A DNA stretch of 63,252 nucleotides, counting the filler, from Hausera hauseri (lineage: Eukaryota), in NCBI GenBank assembly GCA_046269625.1. It is 12 parts of 12 records of this genome, joined end to end, with 100 filler letters (N's around TTAATTAATTAA, not from the genome) between each part and the next. Parts side by side here need not be neighbours in the genome. Positions count along the whole stretch, not along the records: positions 57,859 to 63,252 come from JBJURY010263288.1; 11 more parts are not named here. The stretch is one strand, 5' to 3'. Made by a program: the position numbers and the translations under genes. Under the pieces are notes generated by a model. It did not search any database and was not told the origin of the DNA. It saw only the letters and a program-made list of their open reading frames with translations. Positions 61,538 through 63,252 of the stretch are shown one piece after another (position 1 is the first letter of the stretch; each line of letters opens with the position of its first letter).

Positions 61538-63252
61538 ATATTTTGTTGTTTACGCAGTTCATGCGAGGTTTAGTACCAGATTTAAGGTATAAGGGTTTGG
61601 CTGGAAATCCAAATACATTTGCTGATGCTTTGAAAATGGCACAGAATTTTTAGGCTTTTAGACCTCCTAAGACGAATAGAGAAAATAGTCATTAAGCATC
61701 TACTGCTAACTCATTGCAGAATGCGCCACAATAAGAAGTTAGACGAAATCCGTCAAGCAATCAGAATGAGAATCAAAACAGTAATCAAAATAGAAACCCA
61801 TATGGTAATAAGTCACCTTATAAAGGAAATAACTACCAAAATGATGAAAGAGATGATATAAACAAAGCCGGAAAGGTTATAAAATGTTATAAATGTCAGC
61901 GTAGTGGACACACTGCTAGTAATTGCAGAACTCCAAATGATAAATTACGAGTAAGAAATGAACCTACGACGAAATTGGCAGCTTTTAACAAAAATACTGT
62001 TGGTCCTAGTATTGATTATTATCTCAACCATTGGGCAACGTCAAATCAAAATTCAAAGGAATTCGCAAAATTGCAGAATCCCAAATCAAACTGTACATAT
62101 TATACTTGTGGTCCTGATGAAGCAAAATCGCGAGAAGCCAAACAAACAATTATTGCTGCTCATAAAGATGCAGTACGAAAATATTTCGCTGGAAATAAAC
62201 TAACAGAAATAGAACAAATGGCACTTGACGCATTACCAGTACCAGTAGCGACGGTAGATAAAGACGGAAAAAAGACAATAAAATGCTATCCCATGGTTAC
62301 ATAGGCAAAATACCAACTTTAACAAAAAAGGCTCCACAAAAAATTCCTGAAGAAACTTTAACGAAATTGAGAAAACCTAGAAAAAACTCTAAGTCTCCAC
62401 CAAGGAAACTTGCTGATAAATTTATAAAGAATGATCAAGAAATTTCTGAAGAAACTAAAGAAAAGGTCATGAATCAAATTATTAAAGATATGAATCAAAT
62501 TTCAAGAGGTCAAATACCTTTCGGATTAGAAAAGCTCGAATTAATTAATGCATATTTACAGCCTACTAGTTCATAAAAGATAATTACAATAAACTTATGA
62601 AAGAAGTGTATAATGTTCGAAAAGCCGAGATTCAGGAAGAACAAAGAAAGCAAATAAACGATGTGATCGAGGAAGTACTAAACAAAAAAACTCCCGAACA
62701 AATTGAGTTTGAGAATTTACTTAAGGAAACTTAAGAACTTAAAGAAAAAGAATACCCAACATCTCAATACATAGAAGATGTAATTGTTAAGTTAGTTCAA
62801 TATAAATTAAATGCAAAGAATTTACCAATTAAACAAAAACAATTGTTAAATGACGGTATTGAAATATTAGAAAACAAGTTCATTTTTATAAAGAATAAAA
62901 TACTTGAATTTAACGTTGCAAATGATGAAATATCAGACGTTTTGGATCAAGCACTACCAGTATCTGAATTACAAAAATGGAGTGCTCTCCAAATATTAGC
63001 GCAAAGAAGTCAGAAAAAACCTTTTGCTTAGAGAAATTAGAGGAATTAAATGACATCCAAAGAAAACTGCTAGAAATTACTACATCATTCGTAAATTCAA
63101 TATCTGAATTAAAGTTTGAAATAGGAAAAATGCTGAATAATATTGAGGACAATGACAGAAATCAAAAAACCGAACTAATAAAAATTCTCAAAGAAACTAG
63201 AAAAATAGGTAACAAACCTGACTGTAAAAAAAAACAAAAATTGGAGAAATTT
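61538..63252 (+). mobile_element. Retrotransposon gag (CCHC knuckle) with a long coiled-coil extension, decayed
   Basis: TQFMRGLVPDLR..PNTFADALKMAQ; CYKCQRSGHTASNC (61885-61926). The frame continues, with stops, as K/E-rich sequence to the window end with no protease motif. Confidence 0.75.

Overview
AT-rich invertebrate (eukaryotic) draft-genome sequence made of about 12 short contigs (4-8 kb). They are joined by an artificial 100-nt linker (44N-TTAATTAATTAA-44N), so adjacency across linkers means nothing. The window is almost all mobile and repetitive DNA. (1) Three homologous Polinton/Maverick-type protein-primed DNA polymerase (pPolB, endonuclease-VII-containing type) loci. One is intact (1255 aa) in a compact cassette [stand-alone Zn-finger]-[pPolB]-[RING]. 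One is decayed with a decayed RING. One is decayed and sits alone between ~390-bp inverted repeats that do not resemble Polinton ends. (2) A separate Polinton remnant (capsid C-terminus + adenain protease) and a canonical-looking Polinton terminus (...ACTACT) with tandem ETS/bZIP motifs. (3) Several dead Ty3/Gypsy elements. One has the C-terminus of a chuvirus/gB-like envelope glycoprotein fused in frame UPSTREAM of protease-RT-RH-IN. Other fragments look like the accessory-gene region (FN3 surface protein, RING) and an over-long gag of a giant element. (4) Remnants of mariner, hATm, piggyBac, Merlin and RTE. (5) A 4-kb (TTCG)n microsatellite and a 6.5-kb 68-bp satellite. (6) Host genes: calnexin (short introns, apparently damaged 5' exon) and a truncated intronless ABCB/P-glycoprotein fragment. 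The best candidates for an undescribed system are the capsid-less, integrase-less pPolB cassette family (in at least one case carried between long TIRs) and the env-before-pol Gypsy element. All family assignments come from motifs recognised by eye; no searches were run.
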